DNA of 64,000 nt from Macrostomum lignano (lineage: Eukaryota): positions 1 through 64,000 of the forward strand of contig NIVC01001447.1 of the NCBI GenBank assembly GCA_002269645.1, in the 5' to 3' direction. Made by a program: the position numbers and the translations under genes. The notes beneath the pieces are model-generated. The model was given only the letters and a program-made list of their open reading frames with translations. It made no database searches and was not told the origin of the DNA. Below, piece after piece: positions 11,346 through 26,300 of the stretch; position 1 is the stretch's first letter; each line of letters begins with the position of its first letter.

Positions 11346-14300
11346 TCAGTCCTCTTGCAGCAGCTCCAACTGGTGCTTTGAGTTTCTGGAATCATCAGGG
11401 GATAGGTGGTTACACAATAATTTAATTTTAATAAAGCGAATTTTTTAATGAAAACGCGTCGTGGAGCTCGAAAATAACAGTACTCTACGGGAATCCTTGA
11501 GCCTTCAATTTCTTTGCCTTCAAGAACAGAAAGGAGTGTCTGTTCTTCGAAAATATGAATCATCACATGAGGCTTAAAGGGATTCTTATCCGCTCTTTTA
11601 CAGGAAGCAAAACTTAACGAATTGAAGCCCCAAGTGTGCTACCCAGCCTCACCTGAGCTCCATCTCCCGTAGAACCTCAGCGTCGGATGCGCTGGGCGAC
11701 GATGAGGCGCCGTTGTCGCCGCCACTGGATGGAGCCTCAGCGGCCCCGAGCAGATCCACCAGCGGCTGCCGACCCAAACGACGCTCTCCCGCCGCGTCAT
11801 TCTCCGAAGCCGAGCTGCTGCTCAGGCGGATGTCCCGGCTCGAGTCCCGGCCAACTGACAGACCGTCCGAGCGCTGCAGGCTCGGATCGTACAGCGTCTC
11901 GAAGGAGGACTCGAGCGCCAGCAGGTGAATCCGGCCCGCGCGGGCAGCTAGCCGACGGCGCTGCAGATTGTCATCGTCCGAGAAGATGCTGCCGTCGCTC
12001 AGGAAGCCATCGGGCCCGACGCGCCGCGGCAGGCGCAGCTGTCGAGACTCCGACGGTTGAGCCGCGGCTGACATCTGGGGTACAGTCGCCCTCGCGACTG
12101 ACTTCCCGCTGACCATGCGCGGCCTGTCGGGGAGCAGCACCGAGGCTGTGGATCGGGCCTCGACCTTGGGAGATTTGACAGCTTCCGTCGGCTTTGGTGC
12201 CTCCGTACGTTTGTCAGCTTCGTCCGATAGAACGCTTGACGAGATGTCCGTGTCAGTTTGATTGCCTCCGTTTGATTTTGCTCTTTCCTTTGCTTCGCTG
12301 TCATCTGTTTCGTCCTTCAGAGTGTCCTCATCTTCAGAGGAGGTCCCTCCTGATGCGGCTCGACGGCCTTCACCTCTGATCCTTGCAACTTTCTGCTTGG
12401 CCGCCTCGATCAGCGCGTCGTGCGTCGGGTCGGTGACCGGTTGTGGGCGATGCGACTCGGCCTCGGCCGTCTCGCCTCCGTTTTCGGGCCTAACTCGGAC
12501 GCTGAACCGCGGCAGCTGCGACGGCAGTGGAGCCGGTGGCTTCATCGGCGACGGTTGTGGCGTCCTCCGACGCAGCGGATTAGAGCGACGGCTGTCACCA
12601 AGGGCTTCGCTAGAGCGACTCGTGGCGGACTGGGAGCGTCGCTGCGGCGGGCGTCGGCGAGGCGGTCGCTGTCGGTCACCTTCGCCGGAGCCTTCAGCAT
12701 CGCTTGCTGAGGCACCAGTCGAGGAACCTTCAGTGCCGGCTGCTGCGGCAGCGGCTTTTCGATTCTGCCGAGTCGCCCGCAAAGAGCTCAGGATCTTGGC
12801 CCGCGAAGGCGTGCCGCAGACGTCGTTGGCCTCGGAGTCGGAGGAGTACAGGCGGTTGCTGCCCGGATCAGGGAGTCGAGTATCGATCGCGGGCAGCTCC
12901 AGCTGCTCGTTAGGTTCCTCAGCCTCGGCTCGAATCTGGCTGACGATCTGGTCCACACCGGTGACAAAAGCTTCAAACTCTTCGTCGTCCAAATCGGACA
13001 GCGTGTTCCGCAGGTCCTGCTGGAGCAGGCGCTGCTGCTGCATGTCCGGGTTCATGATTGGAGGCGCCGACTGCGTCAGCATGGAGGTTGCCTCGGAAGC
13101 GTCGCGACTTCCTGTCGGAGGCGACATCGGCTGTGGTGCGAGCTGCTCCAGCTGCCGGCTGCCGAGGTCTTCGCCGCCTCCGCTGACGCTGCTGAGGTTC
13201 GGTACGCTGCGACACAGCTGGACGCCATCGCGTTTGCGCCGATCGTTGACTGCGATGCGAACAAAGATCGGCTCGTGCTGCTGGGAAATCTCCGACTCGG
13301 AGCTGCTGCGAGCGCGCACCTTGCCCGGCCCTCTTGCGGCCGACGCGCTGCCCGGCTGTGATGGTCGTTCTTAAAACATTGAAATAAGAAATAAAATATT
13401 TATCGTCTTTGCATAAAGGAGGGTGGCTGTCAGCTCAGAGACAGTTCGTTCAACCCCAACCCACATATACTTCCTGACGACGCCTTGAGGGTTTATATAA
13501 TTATGGGTCCTACCCATGGGTCCGTCGTGCCCGACCAGTTTAAATTTTTCAGCTGCGTTTACGAGTCAGCCTGAGCTTGAAAGCACGCGTAGGTAGTGCA
13601 TGCCTTTTCATTTCACGCATTAATAAATTTCTCACCTGTTGAGCGCTTCACATTGAGTACTTCATTAGGACTAACAGTGCCCGAGCTGCTGAGGCTGCTG
13701 CTGTAAACCGGATGCTGCTGCGTCCTCTGCTGCTGCGGTTGCCTGCCGGAGCCCTGGGAGCCCTTCAGCTCCTGCCTAGACAGCGACGAACCGCGTGCTC
13801 CCGGCTGCGCTGGGATCCGATGCTCCACATCAGCCTCGAAGCTGCTCTCCGATCGTCCGCCTGCCTGGCTTTGCTTTCCATCAGCGTCGAGATTCCTGGA
13901 AAAATTTGCAGGCTTTGGCCGGCCCAGCCGGTTGGAATCTGTTCTCTGCCGCGGACTCCTGGCGGTGCGAATCGAATCCGGGCCGGACTCGCTGGACTTC
14001 TTGCCCGAGTCGTGAGTCCCCGAGGCGGTCCGGTCATTGGAGACGTCCTCAGTGAAGCTGTCCGAGTATTCGGGTTCTTCCAAATTTCCTGCATTGTCCG
14101 GATGCAAGTAACTCTCGCTCGGGCTTTTTTGCTGTGATCCATGAGCCGAACTTGAATTTTCTGCTTGCTTTCAACAGGTTGCGAATCAAAATTCTTTGAC
14201 ATTTCCTGTTGTGTTGCATGACCTGTCGCATCGGTGTCTGCTTGGGCCAACTTCTGGCTCATTTGGTCCCTGCCAGCTCCGGTAGCCTTCGACTGTCGCT

Positions 14301-17300
14301 CCTATCGGCATTGGGAGAGTCGTCCGACCTGCCGGATGATGTTCCACTGGGATCTTTTATAGTCCAGGAAGGTGGGCGGTCGAATTTATATTCGGATGTA
14401 TTTTCTGAGGAAGAATTATCAGCAGATTGACTTTGGGCCTGTTGGCACTGTCGCTCGCATCGGTTCCTTTCAGGAGTTTTTGTTGGCCCCGAAGCCCAAG
14501 TTCAAGCGCTTGTTGTCTTGCCGATTGCATTTGCGTGTTCTCTGACGACTTTGCATCGCCCTGGGCTCCCAGGACCTCTGTGCGAACTCGTTGCTCTGGC
14601 GCCAACTCGATGCTAAAGTTAAGCGACTCTTCAGGAGGCTGGCTTATCCGGGTTTTAATGCTAGTATCTTCCTGAACGAACTCTCCTTGAACAGTTGCAG
14701 CTGAGCTTACCGTCGTGACTGAATTTACTGCATCATCTCCCGCTTTATTCTGGGAATGGTCTACTCCGTCAGTTGCGTCTTTGCTGTAACTGTCTTTTGA
14801 AGAGCTCTTTTGCTCGAATTTCAGTCGCGTTGGAATCTTTGAGCCAGAGAAAAATTGTTCAGAGCCAGTCGAAAACGGACTTGTTCCGCGAACTGGAGGA
14901 GACGCTAGCGAGACGGGCTGCTGTGGGGGCGGCTGCTCCTGCTCGGTTCGTCCTGCGCTAGAAGACCGAGGCTGCAGGCGCCTCACCGGCACGGGAATGC
15001 CCGATCCTGCATGAGTGCCGAACTCCCCGCCAACCGACTGCCCGGATGGAGATCTTGGCGATACGACGGTTCTGGACTGATCAGTAAAATAAGTTTCTCC
15101 TTCAAAGCGAATAGCACCGCTATCTCTAATTGGCACCTCTGGAGATCTGTCTTCTTGTGAGGCATCAGTCCTGGTTGGACCACTTTGCTTCCGGTTTGCT
15201 CGCCCAGAAGCTGCCTTATCTAAAACAGCAGCCATCTGCTGTAAACTTTCGACTCTACTCTCTGGTATTATAGTGCTATTTGAATTGTCTAGACTTCTAT
15301 TGCTGTCAATTCCCCCTGGCTGATTGAGCTGCTGTCGCCAAGTCGGGCTGTCTGACGCAACTGACGCTGTCACTGGCACCCGGTGCTCCAGACTCTGTTG
15401 AGCCTCTTTGATGGTCGTCTGGTCGAGTTTTTCGCAAAGGTCGCGAGGTTGTCTGAGTTCAGAGCAGCCTTGGAGTCTGGCTGAGATCGCACTGGCCTGC
15501 CCTCTCTGCTAGTGTCTGCATCCGGCATCGACTCACTGGAAGTTTCTTCGTTTGAACTGATTTTTCCTTGCGCTGAAAATTTACCCTTTTCGCCGCCGCC
15601 TCGGGTGTCTTTCTCTTCTTTATTAGAATCGTTTTTATAATTGTCAGGCTCCATCTCTGACTTCCTGCCTTCTTTCCAGCCATGCTCAGGTGTGCGCCGG
15701 TTCTCGTGCTGCTTCGATGAGCCTTCTCCAACGCCACTCGGCTTCCCGCGATGCGCATCACCGCCCGACGATGCGGAATCCGTTGGCTCTTCCAAGCGAA
15801 TCAGCGGCTTCTGCTTGGAGTCTTCAGCAGCGTGACGAGCAACTTCAGCATCCGATGCGCTTGATTCACTTGATCTTCGTTCATCTCGCGCATGCGATTC
15901 CGTGGTACTTTCAACTCGTTGCTTATCACCTGGTAGTTGAGCCCCGTCTTTACCAGTTTTCCCCAATAGTGTATCCGGTTCAGAACCCGCAGTTCCCGCA
16001 TTCTGGCCATGTATTTGCGCCCGCTTTGTTGGATCCAGTTGGCCATCAAATCCGGGTTTTGAATCAACTAACTTCAACACTCCGAGCTCGTCATCAAGCA
16101 TTGTCTTTTTGGCTTTATTTTGTTGACCTCCATCGCAGACTTCAGCGTCATCAAGAGATTTTCCGCTTCCCGTTGACAATCTGGCAGATTTCTGCCAGCT
16201 TTCTGTCGGGCTCAATCTCCTCTCAACAGCGCTGTCAGATCTTCCAGACTGATCAGGTGAGTCACTTCGTAACCCAGCTGAACTTTCTCCAGCACTTGTG
16301 CGGTCTCGATCCACGGTTTGACCTTTTATGCTTGGTGAATTCGAATCATCGTCCTCCAATTGCGTGTCCCTCCTGGTTCTTCCCGTGTTCGAAACGGCTT
16401 GCAAAGGCGAATCAAAAGCACTGAGTTGCGCTTGTTCCCCACGCACAGTGGACGCCTCGCTGGGACTTTCGGGGTCTTGATCGCTTAGGCCTTTGTTATG
16501 CTTTTTTGGATCACTTTGGGGCTTTTCTGAGTTCTCGCCAGCAATGCTTTTGCCTAAAATTTTGCTGGCCATCTCAGAGTCGGCTGCACTGCTTCTAAGG
16601 GACGTCTCAGCGTCAGAGAATGTAGTTGAGTTCGATCCTAATTGGTTCAAATCTGCTTTCGTCAATGAATTGTCAGTCCCTCCATCACGACCTCCATGCC
16701 TGCGAACCATGACATCCGCGTGTTGAATTGCGTCGTTCAATTCGTCTGTGGATGTTTTGAGCTTCTCTGAGTTCGCCATTGTTTCGCGTCTTCTACTACT
16801 TGGACGGTTTTGACGGTGCACTGCACCACCATCCGCATCGCTACTAAAATTTTTCTGATCACTGTCAGCTAAGCTGCGTAGACCAGTCTTTCCACCTGAA
16901 TCTGGACGTTTTCCCGAGTCAACAGCGTCAGATCGATGAGTGAAATCAGGTCGATGTTCACTAGCACCGACGTTGAGATCGTCTCGACTCGCTGCGATAA
17001 CTGCGTCTTCAGGCACTTCGCCTCGCTCTGCTTTCAGCTGCTCCTCGTCCTCCCAGCGAGTTCTTCGGGCTGGACTGACGGAACCGCCGGACCGACTTCG
17101 CGCCGGCTTCGACATTGAACTGCTGGGATCGACTTCGGCACTCAAGGACGCAGTTGCCATACTTGGGCCATCATCCTTCGCGGAACTTTCATTAGATAAT
17201 TTACCAGACGTGGACTTCAAATTTCCCTTCCTTTGCTGTCCGTCGCTAGTGGATGCTGCTTTCGTCGCAAAACTGTCCGCTCTGGCTGTCTTCGATGACT

Positions 17301-20300
17301 TTTCGGAGCGATCTCCGTCAGAGTCGCGTGTTCGGCTCCTTGATGGATCACTGATTTGTCCTTGTCCCTGTTTGTCGGGGTGAGAACCTGCTGGAGAAGC
17401 TGTCGAAGAGCGCCTAGATTTTTGTTTCTGGCCAGCATCAATGTCCGAATCGGTTCCGCTCTGCCCGCTTCTGTTGTCTGCACTTGGCTGTTCACCCGGA
17501 GGTTTCCGTTCACCAGCTTCTGTTACCGAACTGCCAGGTTGTTTGCCTCGAGGTGTTCTTTGCAAGCCAAGATCTGGAGTGGATCTTCCATCTCTGTATC
17601 TGGCGCTTCTATCAATGTCACTCTCATGCCCACCTTCAAACTGCCTGCTAGCGCTGACAGGCCCAGAGTACTTTCCAGATATTTTTTCATTTCTGCTTCT
17701 CCGACCATCACTGTCTCGACTGGTGTCTCGTCTGCGGCTTGGCGACTTTGCGTCGACTTGCCTCGTAGAGTCTCGTTGCGCAATGGGACTTTCTAGCCGA
17801 GAATTCGTTTCACCAGACTTGAATTCCACTTCGGCAGCTGGCTTATCGGCTTCGTTTAGACTCTGTCCACTTGGCTTGCTCTGGTGCCGAGGACTCACTG
17901 ATACTGACTGGTCCTTGGGTTGATGGCCGGCTTCAGGCTTTGCGTCAAGCTTAACTTGTCCTTTGCGCCAATCGCCTGGGCTCATCTCAGCAGGCTGTTT
18001 AGCATCGTTTGTATAGCGAGGTACGGACGTTTCTCCTGTCTCCTGTCTCTGGAGCCTGTCTCTGGAACTGGAAGAATGAGAGTCTTCGTTCCGTTTGTCT
18101 TGACTTCTGTCTCTGTCGCTCGAATCAAAAGATCCGTCCAGTTTTTCCCTCTGTCCGTCTATTTCGCCCACAGGTCGAGGGTCGTATCGTCTTTCTTCAC
18201 TTCTGTCTCTCGCACTGGCAGGATGAGAGTCGTCGCACCATCGGTCGCGGCTTTGATCTCTGGCACTGACCGCGAGAGAGTCGTCATTTCGCAGATCTTC
18301 ACTTCCGTCTTTTGCACTTTTACTCTGAGATTCACCTTCCGATTCCGGCTTAAACCTGTGTTTCCCACGCACACGCTGAGAATCGTTGTACCGTTCGTCG
18401 CCGTCGTTTGTGCTTTGGGAATAAAATTCGGCAGTGAGTCCAACACAGGGTCTTTCTCTCGTACTCAAATCCTGTGAATCGTGCCTGCCAGTTCTGTTAA
18501 AAGGATTGTCTACATCTCCGTCACTGTCAAGTACAGCATGAGTATCACCGTGCCGTCTGTCTCGACTTTTGTCTCTGGCACTGGTAGGATGAGATTCACC
18601 GTCGAGACTTTCTTTGACTCCAGAATTCGTTAGCTGTGAGTCATCGTACCTTCTGTCTTTGGCGCCAGCATTGCAAGATTCGCTATCATGTTTGTCTTTC
18701 GATCTGTGCGTGAAACTCGCATCATGAGAATCGTTTTTTCTATTTTTGTCTAATCGTCCATCTCGACCTCCTTTGTTTTCATCCTCAGAACCGTCGTACC
18801 GTTTGTCTCTTGCATTGGGAGGATGAGAGTCGTCTTTCTGTCCGTCTTTACTTCTGTCTCTCGCACTGGTTGGATGAGAGTCATCTTTCTGCTTCTCTCG
18901 TCTTCTGTCTCTCGCACTGGGAGGCTGGGAGCCGTCATACCGTCTGTCTCGGCTTCTGTCTCTCGCATTAGGAGATTGAGCATCATCATACCGTCTGTCT
19001 CGGCTTCTGTCTCTCGCATTGGGAGGTTGAGCATCATCATACCGTCTGTCTCGGCTTCTGTCTCTCTTATTGGATGAATGAGAGTCGTCTTTGTCTCTCT
19101 CTCGGCTTCTGTCTCTCGCGCTGGGAGGCTGATGGCTGTCGTACCGCCTGTCTTTATTTTTCTCCTTTGTGCTGGCAAAATTCAGTTCACTGTGTTGCTT
19201 ATTTTGGGGTCGGTCTTTCAGACTTACAGGCTGAGAATCGTCATACAGTCTGTCTCGGCTTCTGTCTCTCTTATTGGGTGGATGAGAGTCGTCATACCGT
19301 CTGTCTCGGCTTCTGTCTGTAGTGCTGGGAGGCTGAGACTCGTCATACCGTCTGTCTCGGCTTCTGTCTCTCGCACTGGGTGGATGAGAGTCGTCTTTGT
19401 GTCTCTCGCGGCTTCTGTCTCTTGCGCTGGGAGGCTGAGAGCCGTCATAACGTCTGTCTCGGCTTCTGTCTCTTGCGCTGGGAGGCTGAGACCCGTCATA
19501 TCGTCTGTCTCGGCTTCTGTCTCTTGCGCTGGGAGGCTGAGACCCGTCATATCGTCTGTCTCGGCTTCTGTCTCTCGTGCTGGGAGGCTGAGAGGCGTCT
19601 TTGTGTCTCTCTCGGCTTCTGTCTCTCGCGCTGGGAGGCTGAGAGGCGTCATACCGTTTGTCTCGGCTGCTATCTCTCTTATTGGATGGATGAGAGTCGT
19701 CTTTGTCTCTTTCTAGGCTTCTGTCTCTCACGCTGTAAGGCTGAGAGCCGTCATACCTTCTGTCTTGGCTTTTGTGTCTCTTATTGAATGAATGAGAGTC
19801 GTCTTTGTCTCTCTCTTGGCTTCTGTCTCTCGCGCTGGGAGGCTGAGAGCCGTCATAACGTCTGTCTTGGCTTCTGTCTCTCGCGCTGGGTGGATGAGAG
19901 TCGTCTTTGTGTCTCTCTTGGCTTCTGTCTCTCGCGCTGAGAGGCTGATGGCTGTCGTACCGCCTGTCTTTATTTTTCTCCTTTGTGCTGGCAAAATTCA
20001 GTTCACTGTGTTGCTTATTTTGGGGTCGGTCTTTCAGACTTACAGGCTGAGAATCGTCATACAGTCTGTCTCGGCTTCTGTCTCTCTTATTGGGTGGATG
20101 AGAGTCGTCATACCGTCTGTCTCGGCTTCTGTCTGTAGTGCTGGGAGGCTGAGACTCGTCATACCGTCTGTCTCGGCTTCTGTCTCTCGCACTGGGTGGA
20201 TGAGAGTCGTCTTTGTGTCTCTCTCGGCTTCTGTCTCTTGCGCTGGGAGGCTGAGAGCCGTCATAACGTCTGTCTCGGCTTCTGTCTCTCGCGCTGGGAG

Positions 20301-23300
20301 GCTGAGAGCCGTCATAACGTCTGTCTCGGCTTCTGTCTCTCGCACTGGGTAGATGAGAGTCGTCTTTGTGTCTCTCTCGGCTTCTGTCTCTTGCGCTGGG
20401 AGGCTGAGAGCCGTCATAACGTCTGTCTCGGCTTCTGTCTCTCGCACTGGGTAGATGAGAGTCGTCTTTGTGTCTCTCTCGGCTTCTGTCTCTTGCGCTG
20501 GGAGGCTGAGAGCCGTCATAACGTCTGTCTCGGCTTCTGTCTCTCGCGCTGGGAGGCTGAGAGCCGTCATAACGTCTGTCTCGGCTTCTGTCTCTCGCAC
20601 TGGGTAGATGAGAGTCGTCTTTGTGTCTCTCTCGGCTTCTGTCTCTGGCACTGGGAGGTTGAGAGCCGTCATATCGTCTGTCTCGGCTTCTGTCTCTCGC
20701 ACTGGGAGGTTGAGAGCCGTCATATCGTCTGTCTCGGCTTCTGTCTCGACTTCCGTCTCTCGCATAAGGATGCAGAGAGCCGTCATACCGTCTGTCTCGG
20801 CTTCTGTCTGTAGTGCTGGGAGGCTGAGAGCCGTCATAACGTCTCTCTCGGCTTTGTCTCTCGCACTGGGAGGCTGAGAGCCGTCATAACGTCTCTCTCG
20901 GCTTTTGTCTCTCGCGCTCTGAGAGCCGTCATAACGTCTCTCTCGGCTTTTGTCTCTCGCACTGGGAGGCTGAGAGCCGTCATAACGTCTGTCTCGGCTT
21001 CTGTCTCTTGCACTGGGTGGATGAGAGTCGTCTTTGTGTCTCTCTCGGCTTCTGTCTCTCGCACTGGGAGGCTGAGAGCCGTCATAACGTCTGTCTCGGC
21101 TTCTGTCTGTAGTGCTGGGAGGCTGAGACTCGTCATACCGTCTGTCTCGGCTTCTGTCTGTAGTGCTCGGAGGCTGAGAGCCGTCATACCGTCTGTCTCG
21201 GCTTCTGTCTCTAGTGCTGGGAGGCTGAGAGCCGCCATACCGTCTGTCTCGGCTTCTGTCTCTCGCGCTGGGAGGTTGAGACCCGTCATATCGTCTGTCT
21301 CGGCTTCTGTCTCTAGTGCTGGGAGGCTGAGAGCCGTCATACCGTCCGTCTGGACTTCTGTCCCTGTTACTCACTGCTATACCGTCATATCGTTGATCCG
21401 GGTATCCATCTCTACTAATCGCAGCATTTGATTTATTTTCGAATTCCCCTGTGCGGCGTCCATCTTTGCTGCCGGCCTGAGAATTGGTCCTGCCAAGCTG
21501 GTCGAATTGCTGATCCCAACTTCTGTCTCTGGCACTCGTTGGCTGAGAATCGACAAATCTTTCACCTTGACTTTGATCCCTGTTACTGGGAGAATGAGAA
21601 TCGTTGCGCTGCTTATACAGAGTCTTGTCCCTGGCACTTGCTGACTGGGAATCCCGCGCATCTAGAGTCCTGTCGCTGGAATTCGCATGGCTAGGTTTGT
21701 CAGGATGCCTGTCTGGGCTCCCGGTTTTGTCTCTGTCACTGAAAGCATCATCATCAGGGCGTCTATTGTATCCAAGTTCGCTCGGTCTCCGGGAGCTTCT
21801 CGATTCCTCACTGCCGGATCCAGAACCTTCGCGTCTCCGCACACCGCGTCCTGGGGCTGGCTCATTAGCCAACTCGCCTTGTCGATTGGCCCCTGTGGGC
21901 CTCACCGTGCCGGTGGACTCGCCAACGCTGGCTTCCGACTGACTGTAGGTTCGAAGACTTGAGCGTGGCTGCTTTTCGCGCGCCTGTCTGTCTGACGAGA
22001 ACCGGGCGCTCTTGCCGCTGTCGGATTCGAAGCTGGGATGTCTAGCCTCGCCTCTGGGCACACGGAAGCCAAGGTTGTCAACTGGAGCCTTTGAAGCCTC
22101 CAACCGGCTCTGCTCTGCTCGGCTTCGACTTTCTGCTTCTTCTGCGCTGAGAGGCCGCCCGTGGCTCCCGACCTCACTGCCCAGGTTCAGCTTTGGAACT
22201 TTGCGCCGCCGAGTTCCGCTGTCGCGTCGAGATCGTCGCGGTGAACCAGACAGAGTCTCGTCGGAATCGTTGCGTTCTTCGTGACGGTCCCATGGTGCTT
22301 TGCTACGAGACGACGGTCTCCGCGCTGGGCTGCCGCTCAAGGACCGCTCACTGTGCCACCCGGCTGAGTCTCGAAGGCCGGACTGGCGCGGACTTCCCGG
22401 CAGCGATGGGCTGGCTGAGCTGGCGAAGCTCCGTCTGGACTGTCTCTTGGCTCGCTGTCGCTGCGACTGCGCTGTAGGGGCTTCGTTTCCTGCATTCGCC
22501 GACCTGAGCCTGGCCCACATGCTGCTGCACTGCCCATCAGCTCGGTCTTGGTCTTGCGGGCATGAGCGCAGGTTCAAATTAGCGGATTCCGATGTGCCAG
22601 ACGGCTCCCCCTGCAGGTGCGGCTGCTGATGAAAGGCGCCGCTTTCAACCGTTGTGTGGCGTCCTTTGCCGTCGCTCAGCAGGCCCTCGGCATCGGAGAC
22701 CTCATCGTAGAGTCGGGGGCCTTCGAAGTAAGGCAAACTATTGAAAAAATGCTCGGGGCAGGCTTGGGGCAGTGGAGACGTCTGCGTGTGGATATTTTTA
22801 GTGCTGTCGCTGGCAGCTGCTGCGGCTGCGGTGTTTGCGTTGCTATTGGCAACGCTTGGCCCGCCAGCCGTGCCGTACGGCTGCTCAGCTGGCGGGCGAT
22901 GCAAGTTTAAAGAATCCGAGCGAGCTTTGGCCTCGCCAAGGTGCGTCGGCTTCTTTGACGACGGCCGCCGTTCGTGCAGGCCGTCGTCTGAAGAGACCGC
23001 GTTGGACGAAGCCTGTTGTTGTTGCTGTTGTTGTTGCTGCTGCTGCGGATCGGGCGGTCGTCTCAACCAAGGCGTCTGGGTCTGGGACTGGGCGTTTCTG
23101 GCGCTTCCGCGGCCCCGGCGCAGCGCCTCCAGCTCATTGGCGAGCGCCTGGAAGCGGCTGTCCAGCTCGCGGATGGCCTGCCGTCGGTCATCCGACTCGA
23201 CGCGCAACTGGCCGGACAGGTCGCCTTGAAAGCGGCCCCAGTCGGTCAGCAGGTCTCGGACTCGATTCCTCAGACCATCGTCCTGGCTGACCCCATCGTC

Positions 23301-26300
23301 AGCACCGGACGGCTGCTGCGAGTGTCTTGACGCTTTGAGAGCATCGACTTGAGCGGACAGGGCGCGAATCGCCTCGTCTTTGCCGCGGCTGTCGGTGAGA
23401 GCAGAGTTGGGAGTCTTTATTGGGATCTCGTTTGAGGAAAATATGAGTTAAAGTGACTTTTACCTGTCCTCTAACAGCCGCCTTAGAAGATCGTCAACCT
23501 CCGGCCGTCGCTGCTGGCTCTCAGTGGCCAGCTGGCGCAGGCGGCCGATCTCCTGCCGCAGCGCTGCTACCTCCGGAGACGTCGCCGATGAGGCTGCCGC
23601 TGCCGCCGTCCCGATTCCGGCTGCTGTCGATGGTCGCTTCCGCTGCTGCGGAGGCGAATCGAACCCGGCCTCCAGCTGGTCGATGAGCGACTGCTGACGA
23701 CCCAGGAGGTCGCGCGATTCCGCAAGCCTGGTCTGGACGTCCTGCAGATCGCGGCTGAGGCCCGGGGCTGAGGCTGCAGCTCCCAAGTCTTCAATAAGCA
23801 AAGTGAATGTAACGGGATATCAGGAGGTGCACAAGGGGGTTGACAAGGTGTGGTCAGCACTCACTTGGCAGCCGGTAGCCGGATGCAGCAGGTCGTCTCA
23901 GCTGCTCATTCTCCTGGGCCAGCTGCCGGTTCTGATGTCGGAGCTCGTCTAACTGGCTTTGCAACCGGTTGTCCAGTCTGCGAAAGAATTGTCCGGCTCA
24001 CTCTGACCCAGTCTGACTCACTCTGACCCAGTCTGGCTCACTCTGACCCATTCTGACTCACTCTAACCCAGGCTGACTTACTCTAACCCAGCCTGACTCA
24101 CTCTGACTCAGTCTGACTCACTCTAACCCAGCCTGACTCACTCTGACCCAGTCTGACTCACTCTGACCCAGTCTGACTCACTCTGACCCATTCTGACTCA
24201 CTCTAACCCAGTCTGACTCACTCTGACCCAGTCTGACTCACTCTGACCCAGCCTGACTCACTCTGACCCATTCTGACTCACTATGACCCATTCTGACTCA
24301 CTATGACCCAGTCTGACTCACTCTGACCCAGTCTGACTCACTCTGACCAAGTCTGACTCACTCTAACCCAGGCTGACTCACTATGACCCATTCTGACTCA
24401 CTATGACCCAGTCTGACTCACTCTGACCAAGTCTGACTCACTCTGACCCAGTCTGACTCACTCTGACCCATTCTGACTCACTCTGACCCATTCTGACTCA
24501 CTCTAACCCAGCCTGACTCACTCTGACCCAGTCTGACTCACTCTGACTCAGTCTGACTCACTCTAACCCAGGCTGACTTACTCTAACCCAGCCTGACTCA
24601 CTCTGACTCAGTCTGACTCACTCTGACCCAGTCTGACTCACTATGACCCATTCTGACTCACTCTGACTCAGTCTGACTCACTCTGACCCAGTCTGACTCA
24701 CTCTGACCCAGTCTGACTCACTCTGACCCATTCTGACGCACTCTGACTCACTTTGATCATAGTCTAACACATTCTGTGAAGCGCATGACTCACTCGAATA
24801 TTTCCCGACTCGCCGTTACCTATTCTGACTCACTTCCTTCACCCAATCTAGCCTACTTCGAGCCAGTCTGACCCCACCCGACCCGAACTCACTCCTCATC
24901 GCTTTCTCCCAGGCCGTCCTCGCCGCTCCTCGACCTGCCTGCTGGCCGGCTTTTCCCCCGCTTCAGTTCCTCGTTTTCGCGCGCAAGCCGCCGGTTCTCC
25001 TCTTCGATGGCGCGGTTCTCGCCAGCCACGGTCTCCTGGAAGGTGGCCAGGGCGCGGCGCAGCGCCCCCAGCTCGCCCAGCAGGCTGTCGTGCGCCTCCT
25101 GCAGCCGGCACGCTCCTCGTCAAGGCCGGCGCACCGCGCCTGCAGCCGGTCGGCCTCCTGGCGGGCCAGCAGCAGCTCCTGTCGAAGGTCGTCGGCCATG
25201 ACCTCGGCTGGACTGCGCGAATCGGAGCTGTCGATGCCCAGCAGCGAGGCCTTCATCCGGTCGCGCTCGGCCGCCGCGGTTGCCAGCTCCGAGGTCACGT
25301 GATCACGCTCGCGGCGGAGCGCCTGCAGCTGGGCGCGGAGGCCTGCAGTTTCCTGCGGATGTTCGACGGGACCAGGCTGTGTCTAACAGGTGTCCGGCAT
25401 GTCTAACAGTTCTATATTCTGTCTAACAGCTGTCCAGTATGTCTAACAGATCTGAATCTGTCTAACAGGTATCTAATATGCATGTCTAACATGTCTAAAC
25501 AGATCTAGATTTGGTCTAACAGTTCTAGATTTTGTCTAACAGGCATCTAACACCTGTCTAACACAATGTACACTGCCAACAAATCCAACCAATAACCCAC
25601 CTCCTGCTGCCTGGCCATGTGGCCGATGAGCTCCTGGCACTCCTTGCAGAGCACAGCGTTGAGGCTCTTCAGGTGAGCGGCCTCGTCCCTGGCCGAATCA
25701 GCCTCGGACTGCTGCTGGGCTGCCTCCTGGGGATTTTCGACGAGCGGGGAAGCTGGAGACGCGGCTGAGTGTGGCTACTGACGAATTGGGAATGTCTAGA
25801 TGTCGAATTGGGGATATCTAGATGTTGAATTGGGGATGTCTAGATGTCGAATTGGGGATGTCTAGATGTTGAATTGGGGATGTCTAGATGTCGAATTGGG
25901 ATGTCTAGATGTCGAATTGGGGATGTCTAGATGTCGAATTGGGGATATCTAGATGTTGAATTGGGGATGTCTAGATGTCGAATTGGGGATGTCTAGATGT
26001 CGAATTGGGGATGTCTAGATGTCGAATTGGGGATATCTAGATGTCGAATTGGGGATGTCTAGATGTCGAATTGGGGATGTCTAGATGTCGAATTGGGGAT
26101 GTCTAGATGTCGAATTGGGGATGTCTAGATGTCGAATTGGGGATGTCTAGATGTTGAACTGGGGATATCTAGATGTTGAATTGGGATGTCTAGATGTCGA
26201 ATTGGGGATGTCTAGATGTCGAATTGGGGATATCTAGATGTCGAATTAAGCAACAACTTATTTGAGATGTTTATGATGAAGTGAGCTCACATTTTTGGCA

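Noticed and set aside
14150-20860. Programmed ribosomal frameshifting in the giant exon
   Set aside because: No consistent slippery heptamer or pseudoknot; homopolymer consensus error is simpler
11687-23330. Plus-strand ORFs overlapping the giant gene (e.g. 12262-13374, 15690-16424, 19078-19716)
   Set aside because: Antisense shadows of GC-rich or repetitive coding sequence with no independent motifs
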